In this document: positions 10,071-19,439 of the stretch, piece after piece
Layout of the letters: each line of letters starts with the position of its first letter
Position numbering within the stretch: position 1 is the stretch's first letter
Notes under the pieces: model-generated
What the model saw: the letters and a program-made list of their open reading frames with translations, nothing else
What the model was told of the DNA's origin: nothing
Database searches by the model: none
Assembly: GCA_965213925.1 (NCBI GenBank)
Contig: OZ243927.1
Coordinates: forward strand, 4,096,001 to 4,160,000
DNA length: 64,000 nt
Source of the DNA: Trueperaceae bacterium
GTDB taxonomy: Bacteria; Deinococcota; Deinococci; Deinococcales; Trueperaceae
Direction of reading: 5' to 3'
Position numbers and translations under genes: made by a program

Positions 10071-10128
10071 GACTATTTTTTTACTACAAAACTAAAGCTA
10101 ACTCCAAGTTTAATTGAGAGAGGTCAAG

Positions 10129-11043
10129 ATGAACGTTCTACTTACAGGCGCGACGGGCTACATCGGTCAGAGGGTGGCGGCGAAGCTAAGGGGGCATGGG
10201 CATAGTGTTAGCGGATTTGTGCGCAGTGAAGCGCAGAGAGTAGAACTCGAGCATCAAGGACTCAACGCGGTGGTCGGAACATTAGAGGAACCCACCACGC
10301 TCGTTGACGCCGCTAAACGGGCAGACGCAGTCATCCACACGGCGTTCAATCATGCAGGTGACTTTTTCGAAAGCGTTCGAGTCGAGCAAAACGCGCTAGA
10401 CGCGCTCCTCACGGCGCTTGACGGGTCGGGCAAAACGCTCATCGCAACCTCAGCGGCGGGCGTGCTCGGCGATACGGGTGATGCTCCTGCCGATGAAGAT
10501 ATGCCGCTACCAGATGAAGAGGCGTGGGCTGTGGCTAAGCGCGGGAGGCTCGAGGCTAATCTCAAAGCAGCGACGGACCTTCGCACAGTCGTTTTACGTT
10601 TGCCGGTTCTGGTTTACGGAAGGGGCTCGAGTCAATTTCCGCCCATGCTGATTCAAACAGCTAAAGAGACGGGTACGGCTTACTACGTCGGCGAAGGGAC
10701 GAACAAAATCAGCGCGGCGCACGTGGACGACATCGCAGAACTGTACATGCTCGCGTTGGAGAAAGCTCCGTCAGGCTCGCTCTACAACGTTGCAGCGGGT
10801 GATCCTGTTCAACCGAAAGCGCTGGCGGGAGCGGTTAAAGATGCGGCGGCTGTGGGTGGAACGGCAAGTCTAAGTCAAGCAGAAGCGGGTGAGGTCTGGA
10901 ATCCATTCTTAGCGCTGCTGCTCTCACTGAACTTTTGGATGTCGAGCGAAAAAGCGAAGCGTGAACTCGGTTGGATGCCTGAATGTCCCAGTTTGCTCGA
11001 TGACCTCCGTATAGGTTCCTATAGAAGTTCGGACAACGCTTAA
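10129..11043 (+). CDS. NAD-dependent epimerase/dehydratase (extended SDR)
   Basis: TGATGYIG Rossmann motif and HVDDIA; RBS GAGAGG. Confidence 0.85.
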   Translation: MNVLLTGATGYIGQRVAAKLRGHGHSVSGFVRSEAQRVELEHQGLNAVVGTLEEPTTLVDAAKRADAVIHTAFNHAGDFFESVRVEQNALDALLTALDGSGKTLIATSAAGVLGDTGDAPADEDMPLPDEEAWAVAKRGRLEANLKAATDLRTVVLRLPVLVYGRGSSQFPPMLIQTAKETGTAYYVGEGTNKISAAHVDDIAELYMLALEKAPSGSLYNVAAGDPVQPKALAGAVKDAAAVGGTASLSQAEAGEVWNPFLALLLSLNFWMSSEKAKRELGWMPECPSLLDDLRIGSYRSSDNA

Positions 11044-13253
11044 TTGCCAAAAAGCGTCGTCACCGTCCGCGCAAACGAATCCTCATCTAAAGCGCGGTAA
11101 GCGTTGATAAAAGTTTGTAACTTGTAGTGCTCCATCAAGCCTTTAAGCAGCGTGTCCGAACTGTAGGGGTCGCGCTTTTGCCCTGCCAACACGCGCCCCT
11201 TACCGTCTAAAAGCTCTAACTCCGTCAAGCAGGTGCGGCACAGCTCGCCCTTTTTACCGCCAAAGGGAATGCAGTTCTGCCGCTGCAAGCCGACAAAGGC
11301 GCGGCGCAAGTCGAGGACCGAGGGGAAGAGGGGGAGGAAGTTCTCGAGCCTCACCAGTTCCACTTCGGAAAGAACGAAGTAGAGGTGCGCGTCCGAATTG
11401 ACGAGCGTTTCCACCGGGCGCAAGAGGTCGAGCGGTCGGTCTTGCTCCAAGGGCAGCGTGCGGAGGAAGAGGTGCGCGGGTATCTCTTGTCCGGGCTGCC
11501 AATCTTCACGGTTTCGGTTCACATCACGGTTTGGCGTCCCCTTATGAATACGAGACGGTTCCACTTCATCAAGACTTGTCTCACCAAAACTGAGCGGCGT
11601 AGCCACGCGGACCTCTTCAGCGACGAACTCCACAGATTTGCGCCCTTGCCACTCGTTTTCGCGTAAGCTAGCGACTGCGTTGACTGTAGGCTTACCTGCT
11701 AACTCTCGAGCCTCTTCCCCTTTGTTCCAAGAGATGCCCTTAACGCCGCCGACACGCAGTTGCAGGTGCTTGCCGGACTGCCCCACACCTCGCGCCATAT
11801 CGAGCGAACCTGTCAGCGCAAAGAGGGGTGAAGGGTGCCCTTGTCCGTAGGGTTCTAAGCCGTTGATGGCAGCCAAGAGGTCAGCGTCTACTTGCGCGGG
11901 GTCTAAAAGCGCGTCGGCGACGACTTCGGGTTGAGGGGGTGGATGCTTGGCGACGTACTCCAAGACCTTTTCCTTGAACGCGCCAATGTTCCCGTCACGT
12001 ATCGCGAAGCCCGCCGCCTGCGAGTGACCGCCAAAGCGCTCCAAGGTCTCTGCCGCGTAGTGCAGCCCCTCCACCGCCGAAATGTCCCGCGTCGAACGCA
12101 CCGAGCCTTTGCCCTTAGCGATGATAAAGACGGGTTTGTAAAAACGTTCCAGAAGTTTGCTCGCCACGATGCCCATCACGCCGGGGTGCCAACCGAGGTC
12201 ATCCAAAATGAGTGCGGGCGCACTAGGGTCGGCTTTCTCCAACGCTTCCGCCAGCATCGCGTCTTGCACCTTGCGGCGGTCGTTGTTGCGGGCGTCTAAG
12301 TACGCGGCTAACTCCTTCGCGCGGCGCTCCGAAGGGGTGATGAGCAGCTCGAGCCCCAAATCCGCCTCACCCAAGCGCCCGGCAGCGTTGAGGCGCGGAG
12401 CGATGCCGAACGCGACATCTCGCGCCGTCGGATTGCCCGAGTTGAGCGCCCGTGCGAGCACCGCTCTTAGCCCGTGCCACCTCGAGTCTTTTAGCTTCTC
12501 GAGCCCCTCGTTCACCAACGCTCGGTTCTCCCCCAACAGGGGCGCAACGTCGGCGATGGTGCCGATGGCGGCTAAATCGCTATAGTCGGTGGGCGCTTCT
12601 AAGCCCAACCGCTCGTGCAGCGCCCACAGGAGGTGATACGCGACGCCTGCCCCAGTAAGTTCGGGTAGTCCTTTTTTCGCGGAGGGCGAGAGCGACGGAT
12701 GGACAACGAGACATCCCGGCGTCTCCTGCCCCGGATGGTGGTGGTCGGTGACGATGACCTCGACGCCTCTTGCTTGTAGGTCTGCAACCTCTTGCAAATT
12801 GCTGATGCCGCAGTCCACCGTTACGAAGAGGTCCGCGCGTTCGGCGTGCTCCCCGACGCGCTGCGGCGCGATGCCGTAGCCGTCCGTAAGGCGGTTGGGG
12901 ATAAAGGGCGTGACATTGCCGCCGAGTGCCCGTAAGCCCAATGTCAAAACGGACGTGCCGCTGATGCCGTCGGCGTCGTAGTCGCCGTGGATGAGGATGC
13001 GGCGTTTATTCTTTAGGGCGTGCTCGAGCCTCTGCGCCGCCTCGTTCAGTTCAGGAATCGGCGTGAGCGCTAAAGGCGGCTGGAGCCAAGAGGTCGAAGC
13101 GTCTCTAAACCCTCTCGCGTAGAGGATGCTGGCGAGTAAAGGAGGAACGCGGAGGTCTTTGGAGAGTTGCGCAACCTCTCCCGGCGGCGCGGCCGGGCGC
13201 ACCGTCCAGCGTGTTACCAGGGGTGTAATGTCCTGCGGAAGTGTAGCGTCCAT
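11040..13253 (-). CDS. recJ: single-stranded-DNA exonuclease RecJ
   Basis: GDYDADG, TVDCG, TDHH, GTIADV, PRLNAAGR and GGH motifs. Confidence 0.95.
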   Translation of the reverse strand: MDATLPQDITPLVTRWTVRPAAPPGEVAQLSKDLRVPPLLASILYARGFRDASTSWLQPPLALTPIPELNEAAQRLEHALKNKRRILIHGDYDADGISGTSVLTLGLRALGGNVTPFIPNRLTDGYGIAPQRVGEHAERADLFVTVDCGISNLQEVADLQARGVEVIVTDHHHPGQETPGCLVVHPSLSPSAKKGLPELTGAGVAYHLLWALHERLGLEAPTDYSDLAAIGTIADVAPLLGENRALVNEGLEKLKDSRWHGLRAVLARALNSGNPTARDVAFGIAPRLNAAGRLGEADLGLELLITPSERRAKELAAYLDARNNDRRKVQDAMLAEALEKADPSAPALILDDLGWHPGVMGIVASKLLERFYKPVFIIAKGKGSVRSTRDISAVEGLHYAAETLERFGGHSQAAGFAIRDGNIGAFKEKVLEYVAKHPPPQPEVVADALLDPAQVDADLLAAINGLEPYGQGHPSPLFALTGSLDMARGVGQSGKHLQLRVGGVKGISWNKGEEARELAGKPTVNAVASLRENEWQGRKSVEFVAEEVRVATPLSFGETSLDEVEPSRIHKGTPNRDVNRNREDWQPGQEIPAHLFLRTLPLEQDRPLDLLRPVETLVNSDAHLYFVLSEVELVRLENFLPLFPSVLDLRRAFVGLQRQNCIPFGGKKGELCRTCLTELELLDGKGRVLAGQKRDPYSSDTLLKGLMEHYKLQTFINAYRALDEDSFARTVTTLFGN

Positions 13254-13613
13254 CTAGGCGCGGCGTCTGGGGTCAGGTAAGCGCTTCTTGTCTCTTCGGT
13301 TGTCGTCTCTATTATCGTCATCCTTCGCGTCGTCCGAACGGTCAGGAATCACAGGCGTTTCGGGCTCCTCGCCTAGCTCGATCAGACGACGTTCCAGCTT
13401 TCTGTTCTCGCGGCTGAGCCGCCAAATCCGCCCGAACGACGCGCCCCACCCTGCCAGAAAACTGAGGATAATCGTGATGGTTAAGACGAGCGCCGTCGGT
13501 AACGGCAACAAAAAGGGCAGGATGATCGTCTGCGGGTTGATGTTGTGCAAAATCAGCAGATAGGCGATCAGCGCGAGCACCAAGATGAGCTGAACGATTC
13601 GAATGACTTTCAA
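13254..13613 (-). CDS. small membrane protein (LapA/DUF1049-like)
   Basis: Two hydrophobic helices, then coiled-coil and charged tail; abuts recJ; RBS GGAGG. Confidence 0.6.
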   Translation of the reverse strand: MKVIRIVQLILVLALIAYLLILHNINPQTIILPFLLPLPTALVLTITIILSFLAGWGASFGRIWRLSRENRKLERRLIELGEEPETPVIPDRSDDAKDDDNRDDNRRDKKRLPDPRRRA

Positions 13614-13720
13614 GACGAACCTCCGTTACGCTAGTTTAGCGCACCTTAGCGCCTAGCGGGAGGGAATCAGCACGAAGAGAGAGAAAAGAGAAAAGGACTG
13701 TTACGAAGTTTTTGCAGAGC

Positions 13721-13780
13721 AAAGGGACTGAGGTTAAAGTTTTTCACTTTCCTCTCAGTCCTCAGTCCTTTCAACTCGCT
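13721..13780. repeat. inverted heptamer element (GGACTGA/TCAGTCC)
   Basis: GGGACTGAG...CTCAGTCCTCAGTCCTT; sister copy at 53053-53108. Confidence 0.6.
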
Positions 13781-13781
13781 T

Positions 13782-15341
13782 TTATCTCGCTTCCGCCCGC
13801 CCTCTTTGCCTACGTCTATTCGGCTTGCCCTGCGGCTTGCTTCTAGGCTTGGCAAGGGGCGCTCTGGCTTTGCGGACGTTCAAGGTCTCGACGCTGAGGT
13901 CTGCTTTGTCGGGGCGAACGTCCGCGTACGCGCCTTTGACGGTCAACTCGATGCGCCCAAGCTCGCCCGCGTCGGCGTCTTTGAGTTGGCGCACCACGTG
14001 ACCCACCGTGCCGATGTTGCCTTCTAAACCGAGCGTCACCCAACCCTCTTCACCTGTGAGGAGGCTTTTGGGCGCAGGTGCGCCGCCTAAGAGGAGGGCG
14101 AAAAGTCCGGCTAACGTCTCGCTGTCGCCGCTCTCCAGTAGCTCCTCCGCCGTTTCGCGCCAGAAGGTTTTGTCCTCTTCGGACTGCGACTGGGCGTTGC
14201 TAAGAAGACGCTCGAGTTTAAGGTCTTGCACCCGCTCAGGCGTCGGCGCGGCGGTTTTGGTGAACTTGCGGGCGACGGCACGCTCGAGGAGCGCCAAGTC
14301 GCGCTTTTCGCGGGTTCCGTAGAGAAGGACGACGGTCCCTTCGCGCCCCGCCCGCCCGGTGCGCCCAGAGCGGTGCTGATAGGCGTCGGTGTCGCTCGGG
14401 ATACGGTAGTGGACGACTAAATCCACCTCGGGAATGTCCAGACCTCTCGCCGCCACGTTCGTGCCGATGAGCGCATTCACCTGTCCCGAACGAAACCGCG
14501 CCAAAACGCGCTCACGCTGGGTCTGGTTGAGGTCGCCGTGGATGGCTTCTGCGCCGTGACCGTTCGCGTTCAGCTCTTTAGCGAGCTTATCTACCTCGGC
14601 TTTGGTATGCGTGAAGATGATGGTCTTCTCGCCGTGGTGCGCGTGCAAGAGGTCGGACAAGATGCCGAGGCGCTGGTTCACGTTCGCTTCGATCGCCAAC
14701 TCCTCGTAGCTGACCTCCTCTTCGCGCATGAGGTCGGCGTGCTCGGGGTCTTTGAGGTGCTTTTTCGCCAAGTTCTTCGCCCAGCGCGGCAGCGTCGCGG
14801 AGAAGAACATCGTCTGACGCTCGTTCGGCGTGGCGGCGAGGAGCGTTTCCACGTCCTCTTCGAAGCCCATCGAGAGCATCTCGTCGGCTTCATCTAAGAC
14901 GACGAATTGAACGCCCCTAAGGTCCAAAACCCCGCGCTGCATGTAGTCGATCGCCCGCCCCGGCGTCGCCACGACGATGTCACAGCCGCGCTTGAGGTCC
15001 GAGGCTTGCTTGCCGTAGCCCGTGCCGCCGTAGACCGTCACGACGCTGAGATGCGGCGCGACCCACTCGAGTTCGCCCGCGACTTGCAGCGCCAACTCGC
15101 GGGTTGGCGTGAGGATAAAGGCTCGAGGCGCACGGCCTTTAGTTCTGTTTGCCTCTAAACCGCTCGCCATCGGCAGACCGAACGCTAAGGTTTTACCTGT
15201 TCCCGTGCGGGCTTGTCCTAAAATGTCGCGTCCCGCTAAGGAGTGGGGCAGCGTCGCCGCTTGAATCGGGGTGGGTGTGGTGAAGTTTTTAGCTTGAAGG
15301 GTTTTGAGTACGTTTTCGGATAAGGTGTAGTCAGTAAACAT
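13782..15341 (-). CDS. DEAD-box RNA helicase (Hera/CshA-like)
   Basis: PTPIQ, ARTGTGKT, PTRELA, DEAD, SAT and HRSGRTGRAG motifs. Confidence 0.95.
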   Translation of the reverse strand: MFTDYTLSENVLKTLQAKNFTTPTPIQAATLPHSLAGRDILGQARTGTGKTLAFGLPMASGLEANRTKGRAPRAFILTPTRELALQVAGELEWVAPHLSVVTVYGGTGYGKQASDLKRGCDIVVATPGRAIDYMQRGVLDLRGVQFVVLDEADEMLSMGFEEDVETLLAATPNERQTMFFSATLPRWAKNLAKKHLKDPEHADLMREEEVSYEELAIEANVNQRLGILSDLLHAHHGEKTIIFTHTKAEVDKLAKELNANGHGAEAIHGDLNQTQRERVLARFRSGQVNALIGTNVAARGLDIPEVDLVVHYRIPSDTDAYQHRSGRTGRAGREGTVVLLYGTREKRDLALLERAVARKFTKTAAPTPERVQDLKLERLLSNAQSQSEEDKTFWRETAEELLESGDSETLAGLFALLLGGAPAPKSLLTGEEGWVTLGLEGNIGTVGHVVRQLKDADAGELGRIELTVKGAYADVRPDKADLSVETLNVRKARAPLAKPRSKPQGKPNRRRQRGRAEAR

Positions 15342-15707
15342 AGATGACCTTTCATGTCATTAGGTGTCAGTCGAAAACAGCCGTAGAGGGCGTCACACTA
15401 CGACCGTGACACGGTTTGTGTGTGACATAAAGCTAAACTGTAAAGACCAGATCGAAACCAAGTTGTAAGTAAGAAAAAAAGTAATGAAGGGCGGAAAAAA
15501 GGCGTTGAGTTGAGAAACCGGGGACAGAGAATACGTATGCGCTCCCTCGTTCTCTCTCATGCGCCTTGCATCCTCAGATACCGTCTATCGAGATAACATC
15601 GGTATCAATATTGCCACTGAAATATGCTGCACCATCAGCCATTTACGCTGACTTATGAAAAGCGTAACACAGAAACAAGGGGCGCGTGTGTTCTGGATGT
15701 GATCAAG

Positions 15708-15770
15708 TAGCAGTTCCAAAACATACTGAGACGGATGAGCACAGATATCATCTCCGAATGTGCGTGCTAG
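15708..15770 (-). mobile_element. MITE-like element, family A, partial copy
   Basis: Reverse complement CTAGCACGCACATTCGGAGATGATATCTGTGCTCATCCGTCTCAGTATGTTTTGGAACTGCTA matches the right half of family A. Confidence 0.55.
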
Positions 15771-15986
15771 TTACGCAGTTTGCTGTCTAGCAATGCCGAT
15801 AGTCTAGCGCAGCACCGAGTATTCAACCTTCTCGGATGCTAGCCGCGCTCGTCAGGCAACCTTACCACCTCAAGAGGAATTCGGTACTTCTCTACGGGTA
15901 CATTTATATCTCGTGTGAGACTACTGGTTAGCTAGTACATTTGCGTCTCGCGAGAGTTCTATGAAAATGGTTAAGATAAAGAGGTC

Positions 15987-16133
15987 ATGGATTCCTTTGC
16001 TGCTGCTACAACAGGTTTGATTTTAGGTCTATTTTTAGGTATCGCGCTCGGTGTACCCGCTGCTGCGCCTCTCTTGGCGGTAGGGGGCGGCGTCGCCGGA
16101 TATGCGTTTGTGAATAGGTTGAAAACGCGCTAG
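15987..16133 (+). CDS. 48-aa hydrophobic glycine-zipper small protein
   Basis: MDSFAAATTGLILGLFLGIALGVPAAAPLLAVGGGVAGYAFVNRLKTR; RBS GAGGT; below the ORF-track cutoff. Confidence 0.6.
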   Translation: MDSFAAATTGLILGLFLGIALGVPAAAPLLAVGGGVAGYAFVNRLKTR

Positions 16134-16160
16134 CGGGCTCAAAGTTATTTTGTAAGAAGA

Positions 16161-16206
16161 TAGCAATGAGCAACGAGCAATGAGTGAAAATCCAAGCTCA
16201 CTGCTC
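16161..16206. repeat. inverted heptamer element (GCAATGA type)
   Basis: TAGCAATGAGCAACGAGCAATGAG...GCTCACTGCTC. Confidence 0.65.
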
Positions 16207-16262
16207 TAGTTCTGTAGCTTGCTAGAAACGCTAAGTCGTAAGAGTTGTTAGACTAACTGATT

Positions 16263-17387
16263 GTGAGTACGGTTTATCCTAATCCAGAAGTCACGCCCCG
16301 TCCGAGCGTAGACACGCCGAAAGTCCTCTGCGCCATGTCGGGCGGCGTGGATTCGTCGGTTGCGACCTCTTTATTACAAGAACAAGGCTTCGAGGTCGTT
16401 GGCTCCATGCTGCGCTTCTGGCCCGATGACCGCCCGAGGGGGTCCTTCGACCTCTGCTGCAGCCCCGGCGCAGCCTACGACGCGCGGCGCATCGCGGATA
16501 AAATAGACGTACCCTTCTACCTCTTGGACTACCGCGACAAGTTCGACGAAATCGTCGTGGACCCCTTTATCCCGACCTATCAAAAAGGCGAAACGCCCAA
16601 CCCCTGTGTCTGGTGCAACCGCGACATCAAGTTCGGCTCGTTTGTGAAGCGCGCGCAGATGCTCGGCTGCGAGTTCATGGCGACGGGTCACTACGTGCGC
16701 CGCGTGGATGGACCGGACGGTGTAGAGCTTCATAGAGGGCGCGACGACTCCAAAGACCAAACCTATTTTTTGTGGGCGTTGCCTCGAGACATCCTCCCAT
16801 ACCTCCTCTTCCCGCTAGGCGAACTGACCAAAGATGAGGTGCGCGACATGGCTTCCGAGCGCGATTTCATGGTGGCGGAGAAGCCTTCCTCGAGCGGCTT
16901 ATGCTTCATCACCTCGTCGGTCAAGAACTACCTGTCTGAGTTTAGCGAGCCCAACCCCGGTCCGATTTTGGATGCGTTAGATGATTACAAAGAGATTGGA
17001 CAGCATAACGGCGTTCAGTTTTATACGATTGGACAGCGCAAGGGGCTAGGGCTCTATCACTCGCATTTAGAGCGTTTCGTCACCGATATTCGCGGTGAGG
17101 ATAACGCCATCGTCGTCGGCAGCAGAGAGATGTGCTACGCCGACACGCTCCGCGCTAAGAACGCGAGCTTTCTTACCGACATAGATAAACTCCCGCAAGA
17201 GGTCATGGCGCAGACGCGCTACCGCCAGAAGCCTGTGCAGGCGAGGCTCGAGCTGACTAGCGACACCTCGTTTGACCTTCACTTTGAGGAGCCCGTCTTT
17301 GCGATTACGAAGGGGCAGTCGGCGGTGATGTATGACGGGGAGCGGTTGTTGGGTGGCGGGGTGATTCAGGGGCAGCTACATCTTTAG
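16263..17387 (+). CDS. mnmA: tRNA 2-thiouridine(34) synthase
   Basis: AMSGGVDS, TPNPCVWCN, ATGHY, KDQTYFL and YTIGQRKG motifs. Confidence 0.95.
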   Translation: MSTVYPNPEVTPRPSVDTPKVLCAMSGGVDSSVATSLLQEQGFEVVGSMLRFWPDDRPRGSFDLCCSPGAAYDARRIADKIDVPFYLLDYRDKFDEIVVDPFIPTYQKGETPNPCVWCNRDIKFGSFVKRAQMLGCEFMATGHYVRRVDGPDGVELHRGRDDSKDQTYFLWALPRDILPYLLFPLGELTKDEVRDMASERDFMVAEKPSSSGLCFITSSVKNYLSEFSEPNPGPILDALDDYKEIGQHNGVQFYTIGQRKGLGLYHSHLERFVTDIRGEDNAIVVGSREMCYADTLRAKNASFLTDIDKLPQEVMAQTRYRQKPVQARLELTSDTSFDLHFEEPVFAITKGQSAVMYDGERLLGGGVIQGQLHL

Positions 17388-17421
17388 GGAACTGACACAG
17401 TCCCCTAAAGATGTAGGCTTC

Positions 17422-17560
17422 TTGTGCCAAGATAAGATCACCCCGCGCTTGGTGTGGGAGCAGGTCAAAGGCGACATCGTACTGAGCGAACAGGGCTATG
17501 TGCTGTTTGATGATGTGGTGCTGGACGAACGCCATAGCCGCAAAGTTGATGATAGTGAAG
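17422..17560 (+). pseudogene. IS701-family transposase fragment
   Basis: DKITPRLVWEQVKGDIVLSEQGYVLFDDVVLDERHSRK resembles the region around the first catalytic Asp of IS701 transposases; truncated on both sides. Confidence 0.65.
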
Positions 17561-17641
17561 GCGCACAGGGACATAGGCGCGTTGACAACCTCCGCGGGTC
17601 AGAAAATGAGATGCAGCGCGGCAAACTCATATAGGTATCGG

Positions 17642-18172
17642 CTACGTCCAAAAGAGGTCCGTACGAATCACGCCTTTATCCGGTAGGTGGGAAAGCGCGT
17701 CGCAAGCGCCCTCTCCGGTAACGGGATGCCGCCACGCCAAGTTCACCTCGCGCACGACTTCACAGAGCGGCCCTAGCACAAAAGCGCGTTCCATCATACG
17801 GGGGTGTGGGAGGGTTAGATATTCGCTCTGCGTGACCTCTTCACTGAAGGTGAGCAAGTCGAGGTCTAAAGTGCGCGCGCCCCAGCGGACGCGGCGTTCG
17901 CGACCCCTTTGAGCCTCGAGACCCAAAAGCTGCTCCAACAACACCTCGGGTTCAGCCGTCCTAGGTTCCAGGGCAACCACCGCGTTGAGATAGTCCGGCT
18001 GACCTTCCGGGCCGCCGACGGGCGCGGTTCGGTAGAGGCTCGAGCTTGCTATCACCTCTCCCAAACGTTCCAAACTCTGCCGAGCCCACCTGAGATGCTC
18101 TAAAGGCTCACCTAAGTTACTTCCTAGAGCGATAAATGCGAGCGTTTTAGCGACGGCGCGTGACCTCGACAT
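17642..18172 (-). CDS. folK: 2-amino-4-hydroxy-6-hydroxymethyldihydropteridine diphosphokinase
   Basis: IALGSNLG, RWGARTLDLDLL and LPHPRM..RAFVL motifs. Confidence 0.95.
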   Translation of the reverse strand: MSRSRAVAKTLAFIALGSNLGEPLEHLRWARQSLERLGEVIASSSLYRTAPVGGPEGQPDYLNAVVALEPRTAEPEVLLEQLLGLEAQRGRERRVRWGARTLDLDLLTFSEEVTQSEYLTLPHPRMMERAFVLGPLCEVVREVNLAWRHPVTGEGACDALSHLPDKGVIRTDLFWT

Positions 18173-18512
18173 AGACGCCCCGCACGACGCCGGGCAGCGG
18201 CGCGTTAGGTTTGCGGACGCGCACCAGCGCGGCGTGGATGAGCGGCTCTTCGCTGAGTAGCTGCGTAGCGATGTGGTGCGCCAACGCCTCGATGAGCTTA
18301 AAGCGCTCGCCCTGCACGGTGCGCTGCACGAGGTCGTAGACCGCGCCGTAATCCACCGTTCGGCTGAGCATGTCCACCTCGGGCAGCGGCAAGGAGAGTT
18401 CGACGTCCACTACAAAGCGCGCGCCTAGCGTATTCTCCTCGTCGAAGACGCCGTGGTAGGCGTAGAACTCCATGCCGGAGAGGACGATTTTATCCATCTT
18501 GTCCCAATTCAT
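18147..18512 (-). CDS. folB: dihydroneopterin aldolase
   Basis: FYAYHGV, TVDY, LIEALA and VRKP motifs. Confidence 0.95.
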   Translation of the reverse strand: MNWDKMDKIVLSGMEFYAYHGVFDEENTLGARFVVDVELSLPLPEVDMLSRTVDYGAVYDLVQRTVQGERFKLIEALAHHIATQLLSEEPLIHAALVRVRKPNAPLPGVVRGVYVEVTRRR

Positions 18513-19386
18513 CCTGGATATTCGAATCCTGAGCTAGGGCGTTCCAGACCTTGAGCGCCTGCGCGTGCGCCGGAACGTTATGGACGCGCAGGAGCGCCGC
18601 GCCGCGCCCTGCCGCGAAGAGGTGAAAGGCGACGGAGCCGGGGTCGCGTAGGGCGGCGTTTTGTACACCTGTCAACGCTCCGATGGTCCCTTTGCGTGAC
18701 GCGCCTAAAAGGACCGGGTAGGGGCAAGCGGTGAGGGTGCCGAGGCGGCGGGTTAGCTCGAGGTTATGCGCTAACGTCTTGCCGAAGCCGATACCGGGGT
18801 CGAGAAGGGCGCTCGGCACGCCTGCGCCGAGCGCACGCTGCGCCTTCTCCGTCAGGTACGTAAAGACCTCTTCGCTCACGTTCTCGTATAGAGGGTCGCG
18901 CTGCATCGTCTGCGGACTTCCCTGCATGTGCATAATGACGGCGGGGACGCCCTCCTCGGCGCAGACTTTCACCATCGCCGCGTCGCGTAGTCCGCGCACG
19001 TCGTTCACCATGTTCGCGCCGGCGCGAACCGCCTCTAGCGCCACTTCGGGCTTATACGTATCCACGCTGATGAGCGCGTCCGTCTCCTCGCGCAACGCTC
19101 GGATGACGGGGCGCACGCGGTCTAATTCTTCTGCTGCGCCTACAGGCTCAGCGCCGGGGCGCGTCGATTCGCCGCCGACGTCGAGGATGAGCGCACCCGC
19201 CGCCAGCATCTGCGCCGCTTGCGCGCGCGCCGCCTCTAACGCCGTGAACGCGCCGCCGTCGCTGAAGCTGTCCGGCGTCACGTTCAAGATACCCATGAGC
19301 GCCGCGCCCTGCCAGCGGAGCGCGTAGCCCTGGGCGTCCCGTTCGGTCCGCGGGGTTGGTTTCGTAAAGCGTAGTTCGTGCGTCAC
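18490..19386 (-). CDS. folP: dihydropteroate synthase
   Basis: GILNVTPDSFSDGG, GGESTRPG, DPGIGFGK and SRK motifs. Confidence 0.95.
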   Translation of the reverse strand: MTHELRFTKPTPRTERDAQGYALRWQGAALMGILNVTPDSFSDGGAFTALEAARAQAAQMLAAGALILDVGGESTRPGAEPVGAAEELDRVRPVIRALREETDALISVDTYKPEVALEAVRAGANMVNDVRGLRDAAMVKVCAEEGVPAVIMHMQGSPQTMQRDPLYENVSEEVFTYLTEKAQRALGAGVPSALLDPGIGFGKTLAHNLELTRRLGTLTACPYPVLLGASRKGTIGALTGVQNAALRDPGSVAFHLFAAGRGAALLRVHNVPAHAQALKVWNALAQDSNIQDELGQDG

Positions 19387-19439
19387 GCGGGCTATCGTAG
19401 CACGTGGGGCGTCCGGTGCCGGACGCCCTTTAGCGAGCG

